A DNA stretch of 64,000 nt from Squalus acanthias. Taxonomy: Eukaryota. The notes beneath the pieces are model-generated. The model saw nothing but the letters and a program-made list of their open reading frames with translations. It was not told where the DNA came from and made no database searches. The stretch covers positions 3,658,001 to 3,722,000 of the forward strand of contig CM059433.1 in assembly GCA_030390025.1 (NCBI GenBank). The letters run 5' to 3'. Below are positions 36,912 through 50,069 of the stretch, one piece after another (the first letter of the stretch is position 1; the number at the start of each line of letters is the position of its first letter). The position numbers and the translations under genes were made by a program.

Positions 36912-37974
36912 TTTTTTTATTATACAGCAATATTAAATTACCAACAACCAACTCCTTATTACCACAACGCACTCTCTACTCCAACAACCTGTCTTCCACC
37001 TCCACCTGTCATTGGAGCATTGCTCCTTTAAATACCGCAGCTGGATTCGAGTCATACGTGACGTCATCACGCCCGCTCCAGTTAATTGGTCGGGAAACCC
37101 GGAAGTCTGATTCAATCACAGTGGCTTCGCTAAAAAGCGGGTCTCGAAGGTAAAAATTCCGGCCCATCATTTTAAAATGTGTGGCGTGGAGCTAGAATTT
37201 CCGATAATGGCAGGCGAGGCTTCCCGCTCCGACTGCGACGTCTGAAAAGGACATCTCGCATCAATGAAGCCCGTGTCTTTTAGCATGAGTAAGGCATAAA
37301 ACAGTTTACCTCGTCAATCATAGGATAGACTGGCTTCAGTAAATTTGTTGCATCTTGGTGACCGGTGAATCACTGCTGCACTTTGACTGCAGAAGCATGA
37401 TGGTAAAGCAGTCATCAATGCCACGGGAGATTTATTATATAATACATTGAGATTTATATGGTACAATGCTCCGGTTATAAAACAGTATTGCCTAACCGAC
37501 CACATGTAACAGCACGAGAGACCCGCTATTTTATAAAATCTTACCACAAAATGATTTATCTCCCCAATTGTTCCTCTTTGTTTGCCAACTCTCAGCTGCT
37601 CTGCTTATTCTACTCTTCCTCTTCGACTTCACTTCTCACTCCCTCAGCCCCATATTATTTGAGCCCACTATCCCTTCAGGTCTTCCTAGCTGCCTCTAGA
37701 AGTGGTCAATCACCACCGTTTCGTCCTCTGCAATAATTCAAGTTATCCCAACCAATTTCCAATATGGAACAGCAGTTTCCCACAACAGAAATGCGTTACT
37801 TTCACATCACAGACGGTTGAAATAGGCCCACCTACTAATAATGTTCCCCTACTCTCACTGTTAACAGCAAAACTGAGCAGATATTCGTGGAGGTAGACAA
37901 AGGTAGAGCAAACCAGGTGGATGAGGCGATTAGCTAAACAGAAGAGCAGCAAGAGAAGCATCTGCACATAAAAT

Positions 37975-38160
37975 GGCGATCCTTCATCGTCGCTGGGTCA
38001 AAGTCCTGGAACTCCCTACCGAACAGCAGTATGGGAGCACCTTCACCACACGGACTGCAGCGGTTCAAGAACCATCTCCACCACCTTCTCAAGGGCAACT
38101 GGGGATGGGTAATAAATACTGGCCTTGCCAGCGACGCCCACATCCCTGAGAATTAATTAT
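37975..38160 (+). mobile_element. 3' terminus of the LINE family seen at 4121-5936
   Basis: Matches 5830-5935 and continues to GGGTAATAAATACTGGCCTTGCCAGCGACGCCCACATCCC. Confidence 0.75.
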
Positions 38161-39559
38161 TTTTTTAAATTGTGCTGGGTCAGAGGAAAGGAATCAAAAA
38201 AAAAAGGGGGGGCAAAATGTCAAAGAAAACACTAGAAGGTAAAAAATATACATAATTTTAGAGTTTAAAAAGTCTGCAAAAGTGAAACCATGAAATGTGG
38301 AAACTGTAACACTTTTTTTATTGTACAAACAAAAAGTACAAAAATAGAAATTCAGGTAAACATGTGGTCTCCAAGACGAGCTTGGACAAGATATCGGAGC
38401 GCAGGCAGTACTTGTTTATCTACAATGGACAGAGGGCCATAGAACAAACATATATTGCTCTACTAATGGTGTATTCATTTTTGAGCTGATGGAAGGGTAC
38501 AGAAAATTTGCCCTTTAGGAATCAGTCACACTCCCTGAAAGGAAAGCTGTAATACAAGTTCACTGGTGCCATTTGTAGCATTTTGCTTGTTAAACACAAC
38601 CTAAATAAGTGAGATTTATACTGCCATTCAACATTGAATGCTCATTATCAATCAGCTTATTTTATTAACATTTCAACTAGAAATGCAAATATTTAAAAGG
38701 GCATAAAACACTAAAACAAACCCTACTTTATCCATACTGAATCCATATTTTGTAATCCAATTAACATGGTCAGATCTGATCATACCAAAAACAGCGTAAG
38801 CACACTATAAAACTCAAAGCCTGGCAATTAATGCACCCAAAGCAAGCCATGTAAACACAGCAGTGTCTTGCAGTAAAAACAAATTATACTTTTCATTTAC
38901 TTTCTCCTCAAGGAGTATAATAAGCATATTGTAACAGTGTTGGGCTGGAGAGAAGGTCTAGAGAGAAGCACACTTTTGCTAACAGCAAGCTGTAGCAATG
39001 TTAAAACTTTCTTAACCTGGAAAGAATCACAAAATCTTTACATTTATGACATAGCAATTCGACTAGTTTTTAGTAAAACTAAAAATTTCTATCCACATGA
39101 CTTAACGGAAAGCTTGTTTTGACAAGTTGGCAGTGATACCCATCAGTGTTGATACGTTAGTGGTGCAGTATTACATTCCAAACGAGCCAAATGACTTGTT
39201 TTGATGCATATGCTGGAAAGATTAGTCCCTACAAGTTGTCCAATTGGATCCAAAATATCTTTGACAACTTTTGCATTGTCCAGTTTAACATTGGAGTAGA
39301 CCAGAGTACTAATCTGGATGAAGAGGCAAGCTTCGTCTTGCAGAAGCACACCATTACAGGAAATAATGCAATGCTCAACAATAAATGGACCTCTTCCACT
39401 AAAACCTGCAGTGCAACAAGTTGGACCACAGAACACTGCGGTGCCAGTAGTTGAATCCTTTCACTTAATACAACTGGTGCTCTTCTTAGTGCCAATAAAT
39501 GACCCTCTAGAAATATCTTCCCCCCCCCCCAAATAGCTGTTGAGGCTAGATCAATCGAA

Positions 39560-39705
39560 AATTGAAAATCCGAGATTGATAAGATTTTTGTTAGGCAATG
39601 GCTACGGAACCAAGTGGGAGGGGGTGGTAGATGGAGTTAAGATACAGATCAACCATGATCGAATTGAATGGTGGAACAGGCTCAAGGGCCTACTCCTGTC
39701 CCTAT
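39560..39705 (+). mobile_element. CR1 3' terminal fragment
   Basis: GATACAGATCAACCATGATCGAATTGAATGGTGGAACAGGCTCAAGGG, similar to 50875-50960. Confidence 0.6.
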
Positions 39706-40899
39706 ATTCTTCATTTTCAGGTAATGTTAGATGTCAACCCAGGATTATATTTAAGATTATATCTAAAATGAGACGAAATGCAGACCCCTAGAGATGAGTA
39801 TTGCTGAAGATGTTAATACTAGATAGCGCTCAATTGTCAGAAAAGAACTCAAAAGATAAGTGCAGTGAAATTAAAGCTTGTTGAAATGTTGTTTATTTTC
39901 CAGCGATATGCAGCAGAGGATAATAATGGCCCTGAATCTACGGTCGGTGGCGTAGCCAAGGAGTATGCCGCCAACATCCGAACGAAATCCGCACTTACCT
40001 CTTGAAGCCCCAAGCGAAAACTCTGCAGCGTTTGGAAGCAAGTTGTGCCCAGCACAGTGGCCCAAGGCCCCCAGGGGCACACCGTTGTGCTTATGCGAAC
40101 CTGGGATCATGTGGGGTGGTGCTCCTTTCACTTCCTCACTCTTAGCCAATCAGCAAAGAGGAGATTGCTGATTTGCCCACAACTCATTTTAAATAATTTA
40201 GCAGCCAGAAATGCTATTTTATTAATAAATTAAGATCATTGCAATAATATTTAATACACAAACCAAGATTTCAACATCACTAGAATTCAATCAAACACTG
40301 AAAAGTCTTGAGATACTTTTTACTGAAGGAGTCCTTAAAAACATAAAATGCAATTAGGATGCTTTTTATGGGCTGCAGCATAAATCTAGCTCAAAATTAA
40401 TACAATTTTCTTATCCCCCTCCCCTTGCGCTGTGAAACAGGCTCCTGCGCCTGTTTGCACCAGACGTAAAAATTCTCAGAGTAATTAATGTGCAGTAGGT
40501 GGGCAATTAGCCCAACATTCTGCCAGCACGTTGATGTGAATGGGTCGGCGAAACATGCAGCGAAGCCGGCGCGGAGTCGGAACGCGACAGATCGCAAGGT
40601 CGGGATTTAGCGCATGCATCCCGAAGTTGCGGTCGATTTCAATGGCGGTATGATGGCATGCTGCCATTAACTTGCTAGCCAATTTCTGTTGTACACTCTG
40701 TATCCTAAAAGATTTTGAAGTCAATGTGGCAGATTTAACTTGTTAAATTAGGGGGAACTATATAAAAAAAAAAACATATGCTCGACCCGATGGCATATAT
40801 CCTCGGGTACTGAAGGGGGCTTTGTATGAAATACAGTGGACACATTCATCATGGAAGAATCACTGGGCACTGTTAAAGTTCTACAGGGCTAGAAGTAGG

Positions 40900-42660
40900 A
40901 ATACATAGCACTTACTTTAAAAAGGGATGAAAAGTTTGACCCAGGCAAATTATAGACCATTAGCCCTGACATGAATAGCAGATAAAATAATGGAACAGTG
41001 TTGATGGACGCAAGAGTACATATGTATTAGTAACTTAATAGCCAGTAGAGACTTAAAGGGAAAGATCCGACATGACAAGCCCATACTTCTTTTTGGAGAT
41101 TACAGATTAAGTAGATAGTGGTATTCTTTGAGAAAGCTTAAAAAAATTAACTTTGACAAAAGCAAACTACATCATATACGCCAAAAAAAGGACCATGCGC
41201 ATACAGCAAATAGAACTACATTAGCACAGGACGGCTTAGAAAGAAACTTAGAATGATGGAATATAACAAATTTACAGAAGTTAGAATCATAGAAATTTAT
41301 GGCACAGAAGGTGGTCATTCGGCCCATCATGTCTGTGTCGGCCACAAAACAGCGATCGAACCTAATCCCACTTTCCAGCTCTTGGTCTGTAGCCCTGTAG
41401 GTTACGGCACTTCCAAGTGGGCATCTAAGTACTTTTTCAATGCGATGAGGGTTTCTGCCTCTACCACCCTTTCAGGCAGTGAGTTCCAGATCCCCACCAC
41501 CCTCTGGGTGATAAAAAGTTCTCAACTCCCCTGTAAATCTATGCCCCCTAGTTATTAATCTCTCTAAAGGGAAGTAGGTCCTTCCTATCCACTCTATCTA
41601 GGCCCTTCATAATTTTATACATCTCAGTTAAGTCTTCCCTCAGCCTCCTCTGCTCCAAAGAAAAAAAAGCATGGCCTATCCAATCTTTCCTCATAGCTAA
41701 AATTCTCCAGTCCTGGCAACATCCTCGTCAATCTTTTTTGTACCCTCTCTCGTGCAATCACAACTTTCCTGTAATGCGGTGACCAGAACTGTACGCAGTA
41801 TTCTAGCTGTGGCCTAACTAGTGTTTTAGAGTTCAAGCATAACCTCCCTGCTCTTATATTCTATGTCTCGGCTACTAAAGGCAAGTATCCCGTATGCCTT
41901 CTTAACCACCTTATCTACCTGTCCTGCTATCTTCGGGGATCTGTGGATATACACTCCAAGGTCCCTCTGCACTTCAGTGTCCGACCATTTATAGTGTATT
42001 CCCTTGCCTTGTTAGCCCTCCCCAAATGCATTACCTCACACTTCTCCGGATTGAATTCCTTTTGCCACATTTCTGCCCACCTGACCAGTCCACCGATATC
42101 TTCCTGCGGTCTACAGCTTTCTTGCTCACCATCAACCACACGGCCAATTTTTGTATCATCTGCAAACTTCTTATGCTAAGGCTCAACAAATAACTGGTCA
42201 GACCACACTTGGAATGCTTTGAGTACCATGCCACAAAACTAAAAGCATACTTGCATTTGAAAAGGAAATAGGAAAAACGTAACAAGAGTCGTCTCAAGTA
42301 TACAGTAGATGAGATGTGATAAATGTTGAGAGGGGTACACTTTACAATCCAGAAAGGAGGCAAAGGGCAAAATGTAAAAGTACTAATGGGATCAATAAAC
42401 TAAACCCAGATTACTTCCAAGTAGGCTAAATAAAATTTGGAACAGAATACCCAAATGGAAGAGAGTAAAAAGTAAGTACAGAATGACAATAGGAAGATTT
42501 TGTTAACTCAGTGATAAATGTGTGGAACAAGTAGTCAGACAGATCAATGGCGAGGTTGTTCAAGATGCAGTTTAATGTTATAATGAGAGTTGGCGTACCA
42601 GAGGGGTGAGCTTTGATGGACTGACTGGCTGTTTTAGTCTTGAATCTTATATTCTTAACT
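40900..42660 (+). mobile_element. Highly decayed CR1 RT fragment hosting a younger CR1
   Basis: Remnants KKGD..DPGNYRP at ~40920 and LVRPHLEC at ~42195. Confidence 0.55.
41282..42175 (-). mobile_element. 5'-truncated CR1
   Basis: ORFs 41624-41836 and 41927-42139; tail at 41282. Confidence 0.9.
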
Positions 42661-44187
42661 ACCTGCATCAAACTTCAATTTTGTATGTTGCTATAGCAAC
42701 AGCAATTTGAGCACAGTACAGCATATTAAGTACTGAACTAGGTTAACAAGTGTCCTGCCCATTATTGATTGATGTAATTTTGATTTTTCAGGTCACTTTG
42801 CTGATCACAAAGATTCGATGCCGAGGAGTTGGACTACAATCAGATGGGAAGATCTGTTGAGGTTGCCAGAAACTGAAGAATCAGTGAACCACTCCTCGGT
42901 GCTATTGTCAAAGCCCTTCCCTTAGTTATCAAGGAGATACTTGGAAAATGGAGACAGCGAGGAGCACTTTGGATGTCGGATCCGTGTGGCAAATTAGACT
43001 TTTGCCTGGGTTGCCAGAATTGATTTATTTATTTTATTTTTTTTTTTTTAAACTTACAATATTTCGGTAATGCTAGATTCAGCAGCTATGGCATGAACTC
43101 CCAAGCCTACACACGTTTCTGCCGCTAGTCTGGCCAAGACAGCAAGTGTTATACCTGGGAGGGAGGTGGTCATTAACCACAGTCTCAAACATCTCACACC
43201 ATTGAGAGAATGACTCCTGGCAACAATCGAGTGCCCATTTTGTTATTCCATTCTACTCACTCGGGTGAAAAGGTCTGGCAGATGCTGGGAACCCTCCTGC
43301 ACCCCCCCCCAACCCCCATTAGTAGGTTCTCACCCTCAGGGTAGTAACTTTGTCAGTTTGGTAGGCTGATTCTTCCCCCCCCCCCCACCCCACACAAACC
43401 TAAGTTGGGGGAGGGGGGGGGGGCGGGGGACAGTTTACAGAGTGGACTGTGAATTTGACATCCAGAACCAAAAGAAAAATCTGTTTGTACTTTAAAAACG
43501 TGAACCATTTTAGGATTAAGCTAGAGAAAATGCGAGTTGCGACTTTTGTTTTTCATAATCAAAGAATGTGGGGAAATACATGTTCCAACTGTGTAAACTG
43601 TATACCGTAGGTTCATTTATTCCATAAATAAACCAACCATTGCCGAGGCTACAGGTCACCTATAAAGTGCAATTTTGGTCCATCTTCCACAAAGAGGCAA
43701 ATTCACATGGCAACATGCATGATGTTTTACTGGCTGGTATAGGTTGGATTCATGGGTCAAGCCATTGTTTAACTAAAGAAGAGCCAGAAATAGATGCATT
43801 CCAGATCACTGTGGGCATGGGCTCCCCTTATGGACACAAGTGATGGCGCAAAACCAAAAATATCTTCGCATAAAAATCCCCACAAGGACAAAAACCCACC
43901 CACCCTGGCATGTGATTAACTCCTGCAGCTTGTACACCACCAATGTGCTATTTATTAATAAATGCATTTTAAAAATGGTCAAAGTCTTGCATACAAAACA
44001 CTAGGGATAACTGTAAAGATTGGCCTCACCGCCAAACCATATATGTAACAAAAAAAGCTACAAAATGGCAATATTTCATGGATTATTTTATGCTCAGATA
44101 AGGGCAGGTGAGGAGCTGTATTTCTTTATTTAAAGTAATAAGTTGTGTGGCCAAGTCTTCAAATTTCTTCTTTCCAACTTTCAGGGT

Positions 44188-44654
44188 GGGGGTAAAATTT
44201 TCCTAAAAATGAACGAGACAAGGATCACCCAAACCGTCTCTGGGCCAGCAGCGCTCCCTGGTTTACCAGCAGGTGATGGCGGTGAAGACAGAAAATATGG
44301 AGGGACCCAGTAACACTGGTCTCTGCTCTGAAAAGCTGGAGTTCCTCCCCCACAGGCACAGGGCAGAGGTTCCACCTGCCCTCCTGGAAGCCTGCCATTC
44401 AAAAAGTGAGGCAGGGGCAGGGCTGTTGGGATGGCATCAGCCAGAATTCCCACTGTTCCCACAGGAACTGGGGTGTCAGGAAGATTCTGGTGCCCAGTTC
44501 ATTGGAACGGCACAAATGGGGTTCACAGGTGTCTCCCTGGCTCGCGTCATGGGCTGCAATACTCCAGAAGATGAAAAGCTGCCAAAAATGGAAGTTGGCC
44601 GATTTCTAACTTAAGTGGTGCTCTAAGTAGGTCCTACGTATCCAATTTGCCCTC
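44188..44654. mobile_element. Possible old MITE
   Basis: Degenerate ends GGGGTAAAATT / AATTTGCCCT around a GC-richer block. Confidence 0.35.
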
Positions 44655-46214
44655 ATGTCATGCAAGTCCTGCATTTTTGCAGCCTCGCCAACAGTCACTC
44701 AAGATGTGACAATATTTTATGCAAATAGCCCAACTCCAGCAAGGTCAGGCTCCCAAGCTCAACAAAAATGACAACAGTGGAGCAGGATTGCAGATCTGCG
44801 ATCCCAACATTGCGATTCAGCTAAAAAAGTAACTTATCTCCTGGCAGCAAACAGCTGATGTTGGTTTGATCAGGAGTTCAAGTTTTAGATCTCAAAAAGG
44901 CAGGGATTTTAAATAGTTACTATGCAAGGAGACTATTAGGATAATATATAGCCCATACATCTAACCTGAAAGTACCTTCAGTAGGTCCAACAGATACAAA
45001 CAATTAATCTCACTGTTGGTCTGCCCACTTGGCTTGATGGAAGGGCAAAAGGGAAAAAATAAATGAGAACACTGACAAGTTAGTGTAGAGGTGATGCAAT
45101 TCAAAACTCTCGTCTCCCTGAACATTTGAGGTTCAATGAATGGTATAAATTAGTCAACGGATTAAACAAACTAAAATTGTTCAGAAGTCTACAGATAACG
45201 CAACACAAATTTGAGAGCCATGGTAGCGATCATTGCCTCTGTCCAGATGTGTCATTTAATCAGGAGAAAACCATAGGTGTAAAAAGACATGCTTACCACC
45301 CAATCTCCACATGTATCCCCCATTGTATCTCTCCCACCCTCCCAAGAGTAGTAGAGATGGAACCATACCCACACTGGTTGATGGGTTTTCCACTTTTAGA
45401 CCACAAGAGAAAAATCAAAAACATACACAGATTTGGAAGAAATAGCAGCACTCAGTTAGTTGTGCAATTCACAATTTATTTACTGAAGGAGAAGATAAGG
45501 ACAAAAACATCAAACCAAATACAATACAATCAAAACACCAGAGGCAGTAAAACCCACCATGCAGTCTCCTCTGTTCCCCTTCCACTTTAGTTTGAAACAA
45601 AGACAAGTAGTCCTTCTCAAAGTAGCACCATCCACAGAGTGAATATGAATTCACTCCCATTTTCTTTTGTGATTTTTTTTTTTTAATTTTAAATTAACAC
45701 TTGGCAGGTCAGCTGCAGCTTTCCCCCCCCCCCCCCCCCATCCCGCCCCCCAATGAGAACTTTAATTAACCATCCTCTTCTGTGTTTTTAATTGGCATAT
45801 ACAAGCTCTCCTGAAACGCAGGCAATAGCATCCATAAGCCAAATAGGTCAAGTAGCTGTACGTACATGCAACATACTATAAAAGCACAAATTCAAGTTAA
45901 CAGATACGTACTACAGAGTCCACGTATACCTACCCAAGAACATGACCATTTCACAGAACTGGTACAGGCAGTAATCAAACAACCGAGGTACTGGAGACAA
46001 CACAGGGAAGAAAAAAAAAGTATGCAAGGTAAGAGATTCCTAATATATAGCAATTTGAAAGCAGAAGGAAAGTAATCTGACAAGCTTAAAAATTAAAAAC
46101 AAATCTACAACCTGTTCAGGGTTTGAAATACATACTGTATGCACAGTTGCGTCTGCTCAATAGTTTTACCAATATATGCCCGTAAAATGTGCTTGTATTG
46201 AATATAATGCTTTA

Positions 46215-46967
46215 TAAAAAGCTCATGTTTGTACTTTATTTTCACAATATTTTGACCATAGGTAATTTACCTAACTATCAAAGTATCATATTCCAACTCT
46301 AGTTGAACTGTACGACTTTACACATGATGCCTTCACGACCACAATTAAAAAAGGAAATGTTGTAAATGAACAATTGGTGTTTATGCATCATGATGTATCA
46401 CGATGATCGGTCAGTCCCAGGCACCATAAGTATTTTTCAGCAGATACCAGGCAGGGTGCCTCATGGAAGCACAACCATGAATTAAAAAAGTATTAACAGG
46501 AACAATTACTTAATGAATACTTAAGTAATTACTGCAATCTAATCCTGTTAATTCAAAGTCACTTAATTTTAAACTGTACAGCACCAAGCCATGGAACGGA
46601 ACATTAAGACCACTGACCAGTTATTCACTCGTGCGATAGCTTAAACTCGCTTGTATTGTGGGGTTACTCAATTATGGGTGCTTAAAACGCTGTCACAAGA
46701 ATTTTTAAGTCTTTGTCGCAAGTGAGATGTCTTGTATGCGCAGCAGGGCAAGGCTGACAAACACTTTACTCACTGATATTGCCAAGCTTACTTGTTCACC
46801 AACTGAAAGAACAGAGCGAAAGTAGCCAGATACATTCAAAAGTCTACTTTTAAGCTCCCAAATGCAGACATGATTGCATAATCTACAGTATCGTTTCGTG
46901 ACTGCACATGTATTTGTTACAAGTACGCACTCACTTTTTTTTTGAACACCATAAAATTTGATTGGGG

Positions 46968-47008
<41 letters not shown>

Positions 47009-48102
47009 CACTAGATAAAAATTGTGTCTGGGACAGGATAGCTTAACTTCAGGACCATACCTCGGCACAGCCCAAGGTGGTTATTACCTAGCAGTAATGG
47101 AAGAAAGAACCAAACGAGGGGTGTTATAGATGAGGGTGGGGAAATAAAAACAAACTAAATTTGAACACGGTTGTAGGAAAAAACACAGATTACATTGAAG
47201 TCTAAAATAAATACACACTACCAAACCTGCAAAAATTGTATTATAGGGTAGGACAGGATTTTATTTGTACTAGTACAATGGTTCCAGTAGATGTATTTCA
47301 AACCCTGAATGTTTGCCAATAAGGACTTCACTACTAGTGAAGTTACACATGACATTTCATTTCAATAGTTCCTGCCAACCGGCATTGAAGTATTGTACAC
47401 TCAACAGATAACAGTTATTCCCTCTTAGGGAACTGAGCATTAAAATGCCCATTTTCTGACAAGAATATTTAGTTTATTCAGAAAAAAAGAATTACACAAG
47501 ATAATGAAAATAGCTACATATAAACACAAGCAGAACTTTGCCTTTTAGCACCCGCATTTTATGTCGGTTCATGTGCACCTAAGTTTTTTTTTTATGAATC
47601 ACATCGAGTAAGATGTTAAAACATCAGAAACAATTAAGGAGACTCTTAAAAGGAGGATTGTACATTCCCTGAATAATGAGAGAAGGAAAATAATCTAACA
47701 GTGCGATGCCAATGTGTTACATTGTGTGTCGAGGCTAATTAAGTTTCTATTTATTGTGATTTGCAACCATTATAAAATGGAGTGAAGAACTGCACAGTTA
47801 TGCACGTGTGCAGTATTCAGCGCTCTCCGTGGCTCCATGAGATGAGAAGCTGCAACATTTTACACTGCTGTTTCCACCAAATCAATCTAACTTGATAGCA
47901 GAACCCCCCTAATTAGTTGTGCTACATGTTAACCCTTAGAAGTCCCACTCTGCTAGTCATTTTAAGTCACAGTACATCTGCACCATTTTTGCTACCAAGC
48001 TAGGTCGATTCAAGGTACCGTCAGTCAGTTCAGGAAGGACTCCTTCATGTGGTGGGTACCAGCTGTTGGATCTTCTCAATGACACCCAACCGATGGGTAA
48101 AC
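46215..48102 (-). other. TRIB2: Probable TRIB2 3' UTR with candidate poly(A) signal AATAAA at 46240-46235 (alternative at 45480-45475)
   Basis: AT-rich stretch after the stop codon with no recognisable transposon; the 3' end is inferred from the hexamer only. Confidence 0.5.
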
Positions 48103-48577
48103 TCAGTTGAAAAACGGATCCAACTCAACATCCATATTCACATCAGGCACCAACTGATCAACGGCTTCTTTTTCATTAGCACCATACCCGGAACTAGAAG
48201 CTGCAAAATCAGAGGCAAACCAGGGATGGTCCAAGATTTCCCGGGATGTCAGCCTTTCCAAAGGCTCACGACGCAAGATGCTACGGATAAGGCATTTCGC
48301 CCGTGGGGAAAGTGTTTCTGGAATGTTAAACTGGCCACGCCGAATCTTGCTAAAGAGTGAACTTGGCTCCACATCATGGAAGGGATACCGTCCAACCAGC
48401 ATCGTGTACAGCATCACACCGAGACTCCAAACATCAGCTGCCTTACCAGAGTAGCTGCCATTGGTGTTAAGGATCTCAGGGCTCACATATGCTGGACATC
48501 CGTGCTTGTCTGAAAGAGCATCATCCTCACCATTCAAGATATAAGCATCCTCCAAGCTTTCCAACTTTACTTGTGTG
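48103..48577 (-). CDS. TRIB2: Tribbles homolog 2, coding exon 3 (last)
   Basis: TGTAG acceptor at 48579-48578; ESLEDAY (SLE replaces DFG), [19 protein letters not shown] (MEK-binding), DQLVPD (COP1-binding), LDPFFN-TGA. Confidence 0.98.
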
Positions 48578-48864
48578 CTACAACAGAAAGAAAAGCAGAT
48601 CACATAATGGTAACATAACACTTTGGTAAGCAAAGTATGTTGCTAGAATTTCAAATAAACCGTTCAATATATAAACATGCTGTGCAAATTAGAAACCAAC
48701 TTTAATCAACAGGCTAGATTTTTTGCTCAGACCATGAATGGGTGGAAATATAGACCCTGGATGTGTCAGACTTTAAATTTCTGCATTTCACGTTAGCAGC
48801 ACATGGCTACTGTCTGCCCATTTCAAACTGCTTGCTCTGTTAAATGCAACTGAAAATTAGATAA

Positions 48865-49590
48865 CGGCCCGAAAATTAGACCTAATACGCGAGAGTACGC
48901 ACGGTGTACTCTCGCGTTTTAGGTCTCCAATTGCCGGTTTCCAGCATGCACGGGAAACCGGCACTTCGTGAACTCAAAAGGGGGCGGTTCCTAAGTGAAC
49001 CGCGTGCGCGCTACAGGCTGCGCGCACACAGTGCACTTAGTGCTTTGAACGCGCAGGTAAGCATGGAAGATTTTACACAAAGAAAGGAGGCGTAAGACCC
49101 TCTTTTAACAAGGTAAGTAGTTAATTAAGTATTATTTTAAATTATTTTCAACAGGTTTATCTTTTTTAGAGACTTTAAAGAAAGGTAAGTTTATTTTTAT
49201 AACTTTTAAAAAGATTTTAAATTTTTTCAAAAATTTAAATTTTTGTTTAAAGTGGTTAATTTATTTAACTATACTTATTTTATTAATGTGATGGTTTTTT
49301 TTTTAAATTTAATTGAGGTTTAGCTGTTCTTTTGGGGGTAAGTTGTATTCATAGCTTTGACAGTTCTGTCAAAACTATGAATGAAAGATGGTGTGCTGCC
49401 ATTGGCTCTAACTGAATCACGTGATCCCAGAGCTCGCACGAACTAACTGCGTCTGTGGGTCACGCAAGCACTGCACAGCTGCAGCCTTGAAACTAAAGTT
49501 CGTGTGGTCCCGGAGGGAAAAGGTAGGCGCGCAGTGAGATATCGCGGGGTGGTGACATGGAAGTTCAAATGACATTAAATGCGCCTGATG
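48865..49590. mobile_element. Probable MITE-like insertion in TRIB2 intron 2
   Basis: Starts GGCCCGAAAATT; CpG-rich ends with an AT-rich core; right TIR not identified. Confidence 0.4.
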
Positions 49591-49593
49591 GTT

Positions 49594-49881
49594 CCCCACA
49601 CATCCAATTCCCAATCTCCCCACACATCCAATTGCCAATCTCCCCACACATCCAATTCCCAATCTCCCCACACATCCAATTCCCAATCTCCCCACACATC
49701 CAATTCCCAATCTCCCCACACATCCAATTCCCAATCTCCCCGCACATCCAATTCCCAATCTCCCCGCACATCCAATTCCCAATCTCCCCGCACATCCAAC
49801 TCCCAATCTCCCCGCACATCCAATTCCCAATCTCCCCGCACATCCAATTCCCAATCTCCCCGCACATCCAATTCCCAATCT
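49594..49881. repeat. 24-bp minisatellite x12 (CCCCRCACATCCAATTCCCAATCT)
   Basis: 288 bp = 12 units, directly visible. Confidence 0.95.
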
Positions 49882-50069
49882 CGAGACAGATTGCCAACTT
49901 CCTCCTCCCCACCCCGCCCCCCACCGCAAAAGAAAAACAGGCTCAGAAGTAGGACAGAAGGAAGAATGTGGATCAAAACGTCTTTCACTACTTGCAACCC
50001 ACCACAGGGAGGTACAGAGTTATACTGGCAGACACAGCAGCAGGTCAACTGGCTCGAATCTCTTGGCGA

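Larger units (their letters stand above)
30160..37165. mobile_element. Decayed autonomous-type PIF/Harbinger transposon (left boundary uncertain)
   Basis: Convergent transposase and Myb/SANT genes; right TIR AAAAATTCCGGCCC ending at 37165; sequence around the satellite resembles the left end of the MITE at 9633. Confidence 0.65.

Noticed and set aside
39143..39536. Cluster of overlapping 70-97 aa ORFs in non-repetitive-looking sequence
   Set aside because: No recognisable domain or convincing splice structure; a tblastx search would be needed.
42792..43010. Exon-like segment after a TTTTTCAG acceptor on the + strand
   Set aside because: All frames stop within about 45 codons, with no recognisable protein or partner exon; could be noncoding but is unsupported.
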